The position numbers and the translations under genes are program-made. The notes beneath the pieces are model-generated. The model worked only from the letters and a program-made list of their open reading frames with translations. It ran no database searches and had not been told where the DNA came from. This document shows, piece after piece, positions 48,202-61,681 of a stretch of DNA of 64,000 bases. Each line of letters opens with the position of its first letter. The stretch's first letter is position 1. Source of the DNA: the human T2T-CHM13v2.0 reference genome, Homo sapiens; NCBI RefSeq assembly GCF_009914755.1, contig NC_060932.1. One strand, 5' to 3'.

Positions 48202-49499
48202 GAGAGCAAAACCGTGATGTTTTATCCCAAAAATATGCATAATTTGAAATAAATGGAGATGAATTTTAACTTCAGCACATGGGTGTTGAATATAAAATTC
48301 TCTATTTATTTTACATGCTTGATATACTATATGAATTTTAAATATAAAACAATATACAGATGCAGTGTCTTTGACAGAAAGATGATGTACCCACTAGCAA
48401 TGTTAGAAGTGTGACTTTTCATTTTTAAAGATGTGACACTCTTAATCAAGAACTTCTAAAATGTAAATAACACTGAAATGCTCTATTAATGAAGCAAATA
48501 AATAAGAGTTCATTCTTAAGCCTTTATTTAAGCTATTAATTTTATTATTCCACCATAAACAGTACCCCTAAGTTTCCCTGTAGTTAAATTCAAAGGATTG
48601 ACTATTTGATCTTTCACATACTATTTAAAATAAACTTTGTATAGTTTTATGATTTGCAGTTCTAAACTTCTGACTTCACTTGAGCTATACAAATATAGGA
48701 TTCATTTCTTAAGCAATAGTCTTAAATTATATTAGCATTATATGTTACTAAGCAAATTAACCAGATATATCAATTCCTTTTGTAAACATCTTACCAATAA
48801 AACAAATAGAAATTTGATAATTCATTTTGGGAATATATTCTAATCAATATTCTTATCATATTCTGAGAACTCAGCATGACACTTTCAATTACAAATCTTA
48901 TAGTTCTAACTGATATATTTTCTATTAGGTCATTCTGTTTAACCTCAAATGCCATTAAGTTCCTTTGTAAAGAGGAATAAAAGTTATTTTATCTTAAAGT
49001 GAACTGAAAACTGATGGAAAAAGTTGTTCTTTTATCAAACTATAATCTATTGTTTCAGCTACAGAGAAATTATACACAGAAAAGAGTATAAAGAACTCCA
49101 TAAATTATTATGACAAAAAGAAATGCCAAAGCAATAGCTTTAAAAGTGTTTTTTCTATGCCCTGGCAAGCAGTAAATTGATAAAACTAATAAAAATTGAA
49201 AGTGAGACAGAAAAAAGTGTCCAATAGTGTAGGAATTCTGAATTTCCTCTATTTTATATCTGAAGTATCAAAAATGCATCATTTGCAACTAATAACTCAA
49301 GTAGTATAATTAAGAAAACATTAAGAAATATAATTAATAAAATTAGGTAAAGGAAACTATGAATTATACTAATTTCATCAATGATCATGATAGGAAATTT
49401 ATAAATATTACATTAAAATATGGTAGTTAAGTATTATATGAACATAAGCAAAAAAGTTTAGCTTAAAAGGGAAGTTCTAAAAAATATTACAATTCTCCC

Positions 49500-50290
49500 T
49501 AATTATTAAAAGAAATAAATTAAAAAGACACAAAGGAAATAAAATAAATCATATAACTATTAAAGAGTGTAAACAACACAAACGGATGCCAAAAGAAAGA
49601 CTAAATTTGATAATTATTGTAAATTGGCTAAATTTGCCCACTAAAAGATAAATATAATTAAATTGAATGCCGAAGCAAAACCCAATACTTTCATGTAAAT
49701 AAAATAAAGTAGTTCCAAAGGCAGGAATAGAAAGGAGGGTATAATATAAACAAAAATACCACAAAATAATAATACGAGTAAATAAAATACTAATACAAAC
49801 AAAATGAAAGCAGGGGTCACATTCTAAATAAAAAACAAATTGAGTGCCTGCTTGTGAAGTGTGACAGAATTGGCACTTTGTTATGATGATACAATAGCTA
49901 TTAATATCTATGCTCCAATAACTGAGCATAAATTGTCATAAACCAAAACAACATGTAAATCAGTTCCTACAAATAAAAAAAGAGAGACAAATATTCTGAA
50001 GATGTACACAACACACAAAAAGGAAATATAAGTAGTTTTTAAATATAAATCTTTCAAAATTTTAAATACCCATACAATTTGACTCAGAAATTTCATTTCC
50101 AGAAATGTATCATACTAACATGCTTGTATTTGTTCACAAAGGACATTCACTGCAGCATTGTTATAGTGGCAAACAGTTAGAGACAATCTAGTGCAGGATT
50201 AGATAAGTAAAATTTGGAATTTTCATATAATGTGACATTATTAAGCTTTAAAATAAGAGTTGCATATACTAACAAATAACAAGCTCTAGA
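49500..50290 (+). mobile_element. Degraded L1ME-type fragments
   Basis: 'gtaaattggctaaatttgcccactaaaaga', 'cattcactgcagcattgttatagtggcaaa'. Confidence 0.55.
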
Positions 50291-50311
50291 AGCGGGGGGA
50301 GGTAGTCAGGC

Positions 50312-50354
<43 letters not shown>

Positions 50355-50566
50355 AAAAGATAGATGATAGATAAAGATAGATGATAGATAGATATAGATG
50401 ATAGATAGATAGATAGATAGATGATAGAAAAAATGTTAGATTGATAAATAGATAAAGATAGATGATAGATGATAGATAGGAGATAGATAGTGGACATAGA
50501 TGATAGATAATAGATGATATATAATAGCTAGATGATATAGATGATAGATAATAGCTAGCTAGCTAG
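50312..50566 (+). repeat. (AGAT)n STR: 10 perfect units, then a degenerate GATA array
   Basis: Perfect AGAT run at 50312-50354, imperfect continuation. Confidence 0.95.
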
Positions 50567-50599
50567 TTTTTAAATAAAAGTGCAAGATGTGGATGATAA

Positions 50600-51010
50600 A
50601 CTCATGCTTAATATATTTTATTTTCTGGGCACATAGAAGGCTATGATTTTCAGGAAGGCCATATTACCCAGCCTTTTTCCTGCAGCAGCATCATGTGACC
50701 AGTTATAGCCAAAAGGTTGTGAGCATAAGAGACTTATGCTCCTTAATTGCTTCTGATTGACTTAACTGAAGCATTTAATTGCTCCTGAATGACACCCTCT
50801 CCCACTCTTTTGCTCTGCAGGGGAGGAGGGAGACAAAAAGAACGTTGGAGACTGGCAACCCAGCTCCCTGAGTGACAGAATAGAGCAGACCACTGGGGTA
50901 CTCTCACTCCTGGCTGTCAACCCAGGCTGGTTATAAACTGCAATCAAGAAATAACTGTTTGACATTGACATTCCAGGAATAATTTCTTAGTGCAGCTTAC
51001 TCTAGAGTAT
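50600..51010 (+). mobile_element. LTR16-like ERVL LTR
   Basis: 'cccagccttt...catgtgaccagttatagccaa'. Confidence 0.45.
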
Positions 51011-51067
51011 CTCACTATGGTACAGAACTATATATGAAGTGCAATCGTTTGTATAACAGAGGAATAC

Positions 51068-51133
51068 GTTTTATAAACATATATGTATGTTTTTATAAAC
51101 ATGTATGTATGTTTTTATAAACATTTATGTATG
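51068..51133 (+). repeat. 22-bp minisatellite, 3 copies
   Basis: Unit gtttttataaacat(a/g/t)tatgtat. Confidence 0.9.
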
Positions 51134-53608
51134 ACCTGAGAACAGTGTCAACAGTGTCAATAGAAAGGGAAACAGAAAGCTAGAAAACAGAGGACACAAG
51201 GGTCCATATATGAATTCTTTCTGTTTCAATTATTTTTAACAACGTCATATATATGTGTATTATATATGTTTCTTGCATGTGTATATATATATATATAGAT
51301 GCACTACACACACGTGCACTCACGCGCCCACACACACACACACACGTTTCTTCCCAAAAGAGAAAAAGCAGGAGAATCTATTCATCTGTTTACTGGATAA
51401 AATTAGTATGAATTATAAAAGAGCAATGTATCTGTGTCTGCGTGTGGTTCACCCAAGTGCTGAATGTAAAATTACTACTAAGGACTACGCTATTGATATT
51501 CAAACTGGGGAGAAGTTTGAGGTTTCACAGGATGCATCACAGCTTCCTGGTTTGTATCCAATGACAGGAAACTTTCATGTGACACTGCAGCCATTAGAGA
51601 ATTTTTTGATCAAAATTATTGTCAAGCCTTTTTCATAGCCAGAGAATCCAAAATATTGGCTCTTGGAAACAATACATGAAAAGTAAATATAGGCTTGTAA
51701 TATTAAAGCAAAAATGATGGAGAAGGTATAGCAAAGAGTAAGTCCGTAAGTATTGAGCTCACAGCTATTTATTATTTTACTGATTATATTAGGAATACAA
51801 ACATCCTTAACATGACCAAGAGTTGACATCACAGTGAATTGCAGGGAAAAATGAAAAGTCAACAAACAGTAATACAAAAAGTAATCAATCCTGGTGAAGA
51901 AAATGGGAGTTGAGAATTACATTGTGCAATCAATGAAGATCAGGAAAATCTGACAAATATGAAAAGATAAATGTAGATAAAGCCAGAACAAAGACAGGTT
52001 TTCTTCATAAAAATATCACTACCTGAAATGTAATTATACAACTATTTGTGTGTGTATACATACATACGTATTTACACATTTCCTCAATGAAATATAAGGT
52101 CCAAAACTTCAGGACTGGAGTTTGTAATTTTCCTAGAACAGCATCTGACACATAAAAGCCACTCAATTAAAACTTTCAGATTAAATAAACAAAAGATCAT
52201 TATCTTAATGGTTTTCTCCAGTTACTTGGTAAATGAATTAGAAGCTTAAAATAGACCCACTCGACTACTGAGCAATTAAACTTACTGATTGTACATAAAT
52301 GCCCATAAGTGCAAAATATTATAGATTATAATACTAAAATTATATAAAAATATACATGTATATATGCATACACATATGTATATGTATGAGTGTGTGTGTG
52401 TGTGCATATATGTGACTTCCTAGGAAAAGTTTTATATTCCATTTCTCAGTAATCAGGTCACTGATTCATTCTTCAGTGGTTTGAATCATCTCAATATGTT
52501 TTCTAGTTATTTGATTTATTAATTCTGTAATTTATAGAACTTTATAGGATTTGAATGGACCACTTCTGAGCACGAGAATTAACGTTGTGGGTCCCCAAAG
52601 GGATACAAACAGATTTTAAGAATTTGACATATGCTCTAATACATCCAAGAGGAGACTAAAAGTCATGACTTGGCCAAGGTAAAAGATAGGTCCAATAATT
52701 GTTTCTTTAATTTTGTGTAGAATTTGAAAAATTAGAAAGATGAAGTCACGCTGAGATCCTAAGAAAATGAAAGATCCTAAGTTATGAGAAAGACTCCCAG
52801 TTGAACTTGAGATGTTACCTATATGATAAATTACTACCTTACCCAAATATACACATAACTAATATAAATATGTCTAAAAATATTTGCAGTGAAAACCACT
52901 GGCTCCCTACCACTCACACTACGATAAAAACCACCATTTTATAAGTTCTGTTTATGCTCACAAATTTTTTTCATGCTTCTTTCTTACATATGAAGGGATA
53001 GTCGATGATCACCTGATAGCTCAAGAATATCTTTATTACAAAACAAAGGCACAAAATGAAAAAATAGTGAAAACAAACTGGAAGAAATGAAATCCATACA
53101 AGAAGAGAAAATGTAAACATTATTGAATTTAATATGTTCATAGAAAAACATTTCCTCTCTAAGCTTATGCAGCCATGAAGTCAAGACAAGGTACAGAAAG
53201 CCATAGTTTGTAGTTTGTTACAAAGAATAATTAGAGGACCAAAAGCAGCATTCAGATATTTAAAATAAAATACCAATAAGCACACAAATAATGTAAGTTT
53301 GGGGCAATAAAACAAAAATTCTCATGAAGTTGAATTCATATACCCATATTTAGTTAAGAGAAGAGAGACAAATTCTGGATCCAAAAAGCAAGTGAAAATT
53401 AGACAAAGGGTGGGAAAAGAACCCTGTGGTGGTTCCCACCTCCTTTCCCTCTTCTTCAGCCTGTAGATACTGTAGAGTTTATTTATCTACAAGTTATAAT
53501 ACTCTAGTGTGTCAGCTATGATCTCCTCAGTTCCCAGAATTCAAAATTATTAGCTTTGGGTGACAACTTAGAGATACCTACACCCTCAAATTTTGGAAAC
53601 TGAATGAT

Positions 53609-54543
53609 TGATACGGGAGCTAAAAATTAGGCAGTTAGTGAGGGTAAGAGAGTCATCGGTAAGGTTTCCCTTTTAATAAAATGCAGCCCCCAAATCCTTT
53701 CTTTTCTAACAAAGGGCAGCCTGAAAAATCAAGCTGCAGACATAGAAAAGCAAGCTAGAAGCTGGCACAGGTGAATGCCAACAGCTGTGCCAATAGAAAA
53801 GGGATACCTGGAAGTCAGATATGTTCAACATGGAGGCTCCTTCTTTCTTTTTCTTTGCTGCCACATGTGCAGTAAAGAAGCAGGCAACAAGCCAGGTGTG
53901 ATAGCTCACGCCTGTAATAACAGCACTTTGGGAGGCCGAGGCAGGTGGATCACCTGAGGTCAGCAGTTCGAGACCAGCCTGAACAATATGGAGAAAACCC
54001 GTTTCTACTGAAAACACAAAATTAGTCAGGCAGGGTGACACAGCCTGTAGTCCCAGCTACTCAGGAGGCTGAGGCAGGAGAATCGCTTGAACCCAGGAGG
54101 CTGAGGTTGCGATGATCACAGATTGTGCCATTGCACTCTGGCCTGGGCAACAAGAGGGCAACTCTGTCTCAAAAAAAAAAAAAAGTCGACATGGCCACTG
54201 GCCAAGGAAAGAACCCATCAGCATAATAAAAGATAAGGGTGGGATGACCAGCTTCTTCTTGCATTATGTAAATGACGTAATGGGTCCAACCAATCTTTTG
54301 GACCCTATGTTAATCAGACACCACCTCCTCAAGCTTGTCTATAAAACCCCATGTATTTCACCAGGGAACCAGAAGACCCACTTGGGAGCCTCTCTCTCTC
54401 TCTGCAGGAGAGAGAGCTTTTCTCTTTTTCTCACCTATTAAACCTCCACTCTTAACGTCACTCCTTGTGGGTCCACATCTTTGATTTTCTTCGTGTGAGG
54501 CAAGAAACCTCAGGTATTACCCTAGATGAATGATGCCGCTTCA
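53609..54543 (+). mobile_element. ERV1 solo LTR (MER61/LTR9-like) with an Alu inserted
   Basis: TG...CA ends; 'aggcagttagtgagggtaagagagtc'; TATAAAA at 54340, ATTAAA at 54437. Confidence 0.8.
53890..54184 (+). mobile_element. Alu (AluSp-like) nested in the LTR
   Basis: 'aatatggagaaaaccc', 'caacaagagggcaactctgtctc', A14 tail. Confidence 0.93.
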
Positions 54544-57049
54544 TGAAGAGTGCCCTAAACAGCGTGACAGCCAAAACTCCAAATGGTCCCCACTTCAAAT
54601 ATGTCAGCTAGGTTTGGTGAAGTGAAAGAAGGGGCAGTTTGGTCAAGTGTTTGCTGACTTATTCTGGTGGCTAAATATTTACACTGTCAACTGTAGAAGC
54701 TGCCAAACTATATTTGAATTAGGAGCTGAGGTATTTAGGAGAAATTACTAAGATGGAGTAGGGTGATTTTAGTCAAATTAATTAACTTATGTCATTCCAA
54801 GTTTCCTGAAGCAAAATGCATTTAAACATTACCATCACAGCACTTTAATAAGGCTTAGCATTTTAATGAGGTAACATATGTGAGAACTTCTAGAATAAAG
54901 TCTGAAACATAATAAAAGCCCGCAATCACAATGTCTCCTCTCTTTTCTAGTTTTCCTGATCCTAGTATATACTAACTTATCAAAGTCCTTCAAGCACATG
55001 CCCAGAACAAAACTAGATGCAATTTTCCAACTGAAATCACATCCTTGGTCCAAAATAGATACAATATTTATTATATGTAATATATATAATTTTTAATACA
55101 TTCTAAGACTTTCAATGGCTCCTGTACTATTTGTTTGTAATGATCATGTAACTGTTAAGTCTTTTCCAACTGGGCTGAATGCAGACCAGGTACTTCTCTC
55201 CAGCTGTGGTTGTCTCACTTAAGAGAATCACAACATGGCTCTCATTAAGACACTCAAATATTTTCAGATTAAAAAATGATCATAAGTACAGAGAATTGAA
55301 TACCAGAAATAAAGAGATGTAGATGGGCTTTCTATAATCCAAAAAAAATTAACTTGTTGGATGCACTTGTAAAAACTGAATGACAGTTTAAATTTTTGGT
55401 TGACTTCCCTTCTCTCGATGTGTGTTGGACTCTCTGATGACTTAATAGAATTTATATGTGCAGAGATAGAGTAGCAAGGCAAAACAGTAAAAATAGGATG
55501 ACATATCAGTATAACAACCCTGTCATATAGTTAATATCAAGAAAAGTATCTGATTTTATATTCAATATACTTCCTGGCACATGAATGACATGTCATGAAT
55601 ATAGAAAATAATGGTTTGTTTGATATATCTTAAATTGAAAAGTTGTGTGGCAAAACTTGAACATTAAACTTTTTCAGAAAAGTTATATTTTTCAGCCAGC
55701 TCAATTTTAATTTTTTTAAAAGTTTATAAGCATGTTTTTTTATTACCCTTTCACATCTTCTGCAAGATGCAGTGTACCCATGCATCCACCAAACACTACC
55801 TGATCAAAAACAGTAAATTTCTTTGTTTTCATTTGCTAGTAGCCTTTCAATTAGGAGTTGCTTCTCTAAAAGAAAATAATTAGTTGGTCATTTATACCAT
55901 CTATCTTCTCCATGAAAATGTTTCAGAGTATGTAATGGAATTGTAATTATACATCAGTCATCTTTAATTATTTATAATTTTTAGCCTTAAAAGCTTGCCA
56001 TTTTAAAAGTGACTTAATACAAGATTTATGTTATATTTAAGGACTCATTAGAAAAGTCCTTTCTCTGTTTCCTAAAACTCAGATAATCAACATTTCTATT
56101 TTTTTCTGTTTTTATGCTTACAACACATCTAGGTGCTAAGCTACTCCTTGAAAAAAAAAAACTGCAAAACTTGGGAAGCTGAAGAAAATTAAAAAATATA
56201 TATAAGAGAACAAAGAGATGACAAGCTAATTTACTTCCCAATAACAAAGAATGTGAGAGTTACACTGAACACATTAAAAACATTAAAATTTCACTATGAT
56301 CTTTCTATTCACCTATATTAAAGGATACATTTATTTATATAAATTAATCATGTAAGTTTGAAGTCTTCAAGGACTCAGATACAAAGAGAATCAGGAATTT
56401 GGCAAATTGACATCTTCCTACAGAAATCATAGAGAAAACTTTTTCTAAATTACTTTAAAAAATATTCTGTGGTGTCTATGATTCGCTTCCTATTTTATGT
56501 TTTGCAGTATTTTTATTAATGTGTAAAAACTGAAGATAAAAAAGAGAAATGTAGGGCTATTTTATTTGTTAACGATAGAAAGAGAGAATTCAGAAATAAG
56601 GGAAAAGGGGAAAATGTTACCAGAGTCTTGGGAAAGATGAAGGAATGGATAAAATATCACTTTTTAATAACAGAAGGACAGGACAGAAATGGCTGGTGGA
56701 GCCAGGCCTGAGTCTCCTGCCTTGTGTTTCTGTGCTCGGATGTGAGGTTACCTTAAAGGGGCTTCAGTTCACCAATCTGTTTATTGGCGAGAGTCTTAAA
56801 GAAACCATCCAAGCCACAAAGTACGCAAATTACCTTTCTTAGCTATAAGGAAGCAAAATGCTTATAAAACTTTCCTAAGTGTTTTTCCATTTACAGTATT
56901 CACATTTCTTCTCATTTCTCAAGTACAAGAGAAGATGAATGTTAACCCAATGGGAACTCACAAGACCTATGGAATCTCTCTCTTACTCCCCCACCCCTCC
57001 CCATAAAACTGCTAAGTCTTGGTGCTTCCTTAGATCCAATCCTACAAAT

Positions 57050-57495
57050 CATGTAGGATTTTAAATGGGTACTCAGTAGAGGCTCTTCACCTCTCCTCAC
57101 TGAAAAGATTTAAACTAAATTTAATTATCTGCGCCCTGCCTAGAATATTCATCAACTAGATCTTTGTATTATGTCTGGCTTCTCAAACTTCAGATCCATT
57201 AACAAATAGTAACTTTGTTTTCCCTGATTATTATATCAAACATAACACGCACCAGTCATCCTCTATCCCAGGACATTGCTTTATGTTTTTTGGTACGCTT
57301 AAGACTTTCTTAACTTTTATTTCTTTATTATCTATTTGGCCCGATGTTGATGTCTTTTCCTACTGGAACAGTGGACTAAGATCAGGAACTTTGTCTCTAA
57401 AGTTTACTGTGTACCTGGATTCCCAGGAACAGTGCTTGAAAAATAGTATACACTCAGACACTATTTTCAAATGGTATTGGATGAATGGAGGAAAT
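57050..57495 (+). mobile_element. L2 3' fragments
   Basis: 'tcccaggaacagtgcttga...tggatgaatgga' L2 tail. Confidence 0.5.
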
Positions 57496-59106
57496 TAGAA
57501 GTAAAGTCATTTCACTTTTTGGAAGAAGTTAGGTGTTACGATCCTGAGAGCTGTAAAGTCCAACTGTGTTTAGATCCTGACTCAATATCTACCCTCTGGG
57601 TAGGCTTCAGTTTTCTAAAATCCAAACAGAAGGAAAAGAAATGTCACTGTGGTATAGGATTATGGTGAATTCAAGTTAAGTAGTTGTCATTGCACATAGC
57701 ACAAAACACCTCAACAAATATTTTACTATTAACCACACACAAAAAATAATTTTATGAATAAGTTAATATATGAAGTATATTCTAGATTGTCAGTAAAATC
57801 AAAAGCAAAATAATTGAGATTATTATTTCATTCACTAAAGACATTAGAAATGACACATTGTAAATTAATTATATAAAAGGCAAAGCATATCTAAAAAAAA
57901 TCAATCAATCAATCTGTATTGCCCTTGAATTTCAGAAAAGAAAAGAATAATGCAAAACAAAGCTGGGAATCCAGCCAACCATCTAAATACAGCATTTATC
58001 ATTTACTTGTGAAATTACACTGTAAAGGCTCAGTAAAGAAAGCAAGATTATGCATATTCATACGATGCTTCAGTGGAGATGATAAATGAAACATAGCCAC
58101 AAAATCATTCATTGAATATGACATGATTACATTTCTTTCCATGCTCACCCAACAACCAAGATTACAATGTAAAATTTCTATATATTTTTAGGAGAATAAA
58201 AGATCTAAATTTCTGAATGAAGGCAAAATCAGCATATACATTTTATGCATTGTCAAATATTATATGATTACAATGTGCATTCTGTTTTTTTAAGAAGACC
58301 AGAACAAAACACAAACTCCTTACAAGAAGATAAGAGGTTATCCTGATTCACTAAGGGTTTCAAGAATTTCGCTTTGACATTGTTTAATAATAAAAAATAA
58401 GTATCTCTTCTTATATTTTTAGTGAGTTTAAAGTTTAGTGAGTTTTATTTATTTTCTCTCTTAGTCTTTAAGCATGTTTTGTTTACCTTTTTAAGCAGCT
58501 TTTAAACAGTAGAATAGCATTATTTTAATAAATCATCAAACTTCTTTTGTTCAAAAAACATGTTAGTATACTCTATCAAAGCCATGAGGCTTTGATGATA
58601 CATTATAGTAATAACTCATCAAAAGACAACAGTTTGATTATGCTGTACATTAAGTACATCACCAAAACTCATCTTTCCAATAGCAAAATAAAACAGCACC
58701 TAGCACAAACTCCTTTTCGGTTAGATGACTTTTCTTTAACACTAGAAATTCATGTTCATATGTACACACATACACACACACAAACATCTGTTCCTAACTA
58801 GGGATGGATTTATGCATAGTACTGAAAAGGAATTCAACTTAATAGGAAAACAAATTCAGGTGGATGGATTTGACAAGAATAAGGAAACCAAGGGGAAAAT
58901 GAAAGGTCACTTAAATATATGATTGTATATGGTTTTACAAATAATAAAAATAATTTATGACAACTGTAGAAAGATGCAAAAGTATAGACAATCACAAAGG
59001 AGAAGATAAGTCATCCATATCACCACTAGACATAAACACCAACACATTATGATATATCACTCAAGTCTTTTCCTCTCCCAAAGTATTTTCTATGAATTAT
59101 TCTAGA

Positions 59107-59223
59107 ATATATATGATATGTATATATGATAGATATATATGTGTGCATATATATATGTGTACATATATATTTGTGATATATATTTATGATATATTATGAT
59201 AGATATAGGTATAGATATTTTAT
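59107..59223 (+). repeat. (TA)-rich microsatellite at the tail of the minus-strand Alu
   Basis: AT dinucleotide-rich tract adjoining the Alu 3' end. Confidence 0.8.
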
Positions 59224-59225
59224 GC

Positions 59226-59478
59226 AGAGTCTCACTCTGTCACCCAGGCTGGAGTGCAGTGGCACAATCTCATCTCACTGCAACCGCCGCCTCCTGGGTT
59301 CTAGTGATTCTCCTGCTTCCGCCTCCTGAGTAGCTGGGATTACAGGAGTGCGCCTCCATGCTCGAGTAATTTTTGTATTCTTGGTAGAGACAGGGTTTCA
59401 CCGACATGTTGGCCAGGCTGGTCTCAAGCTCCTTGCTTGAGATCGGCCTGCTCAGCCTCCCAAAGTGCTGGGATTACA
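59226..59478 (-). mobile_element. Alu (AluS), missing ~25 nt at the 5' end
   Basis: agagtctcactctgtcacccaggctggagtgcagtgg...caaagtgctgggattaca. Confidence 0.93.
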
Positions 59479-59665
59479 CTACCAGCTGATTGCTATATAT
59501 GAGCTTCATTCTTTTATATACTTGTATAACGTTTTAAGAATTTGATTTTCAATTAAATTTTTTAACTTTTCTATATGAATTATATTATTCTGTTATTGTT
59601 GAATTTCTGTAATGGACTATAGACATTTCATTCTATTTTTTTATTCTACTATAAGTTATATTCAA

Positions 59666-60066
59666 TTTTTTTTTATTATTACACTTAAGTTCTGGGATAC
59701 ATGTGCAGCAGGTGCAGTTTTGTTACATAGGTATACACGTGCTGTGGTGTTTTGCTGCACCCGTCAACACGCCATCTACGTTCGGTATTTCTCCTAATGC
59801 TGTCCCTCCCCTAGTCCTCCACCCCCCAATAGGCCCCAGTGTGTGATGTTTTCCTCTCTGTGCCCATGTGTTCTCATTGTTCAGCTTCCACTTACGAATG
59901 AGAACATGCGGTGTTTGGTTTTCTGTTCCTGTGTTAGTTTGCTGAGAATGATTTCTAGCTTCATCCATGTCCTTGCAAAGGAAGTGAACTCATCCTTTTT
60001 TATGGCTGCATAGTATTCCATGATGTATATGTGCCACATTTTTCTTTATCCAGTCTATCATTGATG
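59666..60066 (-). mobile_element. L1PA7-like 3' end
   Basis: Antisense L1 3'UTR beginning with a T tract. Confidence 0.92.
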
Positions 60067-60391
60067 AAGAAAACGTATCTCTTTATTTCTCTAATCATTC
60101 ATTTTAATATCTAAATGATTCTTACAGGCCCTCAACTTTATGTAAAATATAGTTATTAGCTATTACTTGTTGATTGTTTATCATGCACCAGAATGCTGCT
60201 ATTTTGTGAGTAGGTCACTTGATTTTCCCTAGAAATTTATTAAATATATATTACTTTTGTTTCTACTTATCATCAGAGAAAGTAACTTGTCAAAATATTA
60301 AATAAGGAAACTGAGGTTCAAATTTCATTCTTCAAACTCCTCACTACAGGTTCTTAACCACTATATCCTAATGCTATAAATCATACTTCTT

Positions 60392-60513
60392 GCCAGGCGT
60401 GGTGGACCTGCCTGTAATCCCAGCTCCTCTAGAGGCTGAGATTTGAGGATTGCTCAAGCCCAGGAGCTCAAGGCCAGCCTGAGCACCACAGGGAGATCCA
60501 TCTCTTTTAAAAA
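60392..60513 (+). mobile_element. FLAM (free left Alu monomer)
   Basis: Single monomer; approximate TSD aaatcatacttctt / aaaacatatttctt. Confidence 0.8.
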
Positions 60514-61145
60514 ACATATTTCTTCGAGTCTACAATTTCATTGTTCACCTTAAAAATATGTCACGCACATGGACTAAGTTCACACATTGCCCCCCCACCT
60601 CCACTGAACACTCAATGAGACACACTGTGAATTTTTCTCTGACTTCCCAAACATACTTGATCATTCCTTTTTCATGCTTCCACATCACTTGTTACCTAAG
60701 TCTGTGAGAATTTGGCACGATGTTTTATAACTAGTGGCTGTCCTGCCTGCTGTCTAATGATACGTTTAGTCCTGTGTACTCCTCTGCATTCTAAGTGCCC
60801 GCCATGATAATTTATCATAATAGTTTATGGGTGAGTCTTACGAAATGAACAAATAAATGGTTGAATATATTGTATAAGAAACACTGCAACTACACATCCA
60901 AGAACGGTCTTGAATAGGCCTGTATTATAAAATAACTATGTTTTGTAAGTACTTAATCCATTTAATTAAAGGACATTCAGATTGAACCCAATTTATATCG
61001 CTAATTATTTGTTGTAGATAGCATAGGAATGCCATTATTTCTATGCTTGGGGAGATTCTTTTTGGTGTTGAGGTTGTTGAAAATGTGTTAGAATGTGGAG
61101 AAGTAAAGTGAAACAGAGTATCGAAACATTCAGATCGCTGAGCTG

Positions 61146-61168
61146 TCAGGGTCTCGTTGGAGACGGTC
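61146..61168 (-). CDS. Candidate terminal coding exon (coding part) of an unidentified minus-strand gene
   Basis: Pyrimidine-rich acceptor ...cctttcctag|GACCGTCTCCAACGAGACCCTGA; in phase with the upstream candidate exon gives ...GPSPTRP*; ATTAAA on the minus strand near 60961. Confidence 0.35.
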
Positions 61169-61308
61169 CTAGGAAAGGCTGTCAATATCAGTAGGAGTAA
61201 AGAAGAAGAATCAAGTGCCTAATTCCAAAACCAAAAAGTCTTGATTTTCATTTCACACACCATTAACTGCAGGCAGTGGCTCCCCTGAGGGTAGAAAAAG
61301 TAAAGTAC

Positions 61309-61366
61309 CTTGACACAGGTGGAGGTATTGTAGGGCTCTGGATGGGGAACAGAAGCTTTCTGTCTT
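61309..61366 (-). CDS. Candidate internal exon (58 nt)
   Basis: tttcgtag|AAGACA...GTCAAG|gtactt; reads KTESFCSPSRALQYLHLCQ(G); acceptor weak. Confidence 0.35.
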
Positions 61367-61630
61367 CTACGAAATCTCACTAGGGAAGACCATTTCCAAT
61401 TAACACTACAGGCTTTGCTGTATCGACCAGAATGTTTATAATTATAACATGTAGATGTATATAACCAGCATATATGGTGTTCATAATTATAATATCTATA
61501 ATTTAGAGAACACATAACCCAAAATCGTTTTCACTGAAATTACTACATATTAAGGTAGAAGGTCTTATTCAAAAATTAACTTGTATAAAAATGTAAACAA
61601 AGAACGGTTAAAGAATTGCTCATTATTCAC

Positions 61631-61681
61631 CTCAACTTCAGATAATATCCCATTCAAAAAGCGCTCCAAATCTGATGCACA
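61631..61681 (-). CDS. Candidate internal exon (51 nt, phase 0-0)
   Basis: gattatag|TGT...GTTGAG|gtgaat; only open frame is CASDLERFLNGILSEVE. Confidence 0.45.

Noticed and set aside
53815-53836. p53 response element in the ERV1 LTR
   Set aside because: The half-site reads AGATATGTTC, lacking the core C, and the family assignment is uncertain.
60925-61515. The two long minus-strand ORFs as single-exon genes
   Set aside because: They have non-ATG starts and are better explained as read-through of short candidate exons into introns or UTR.
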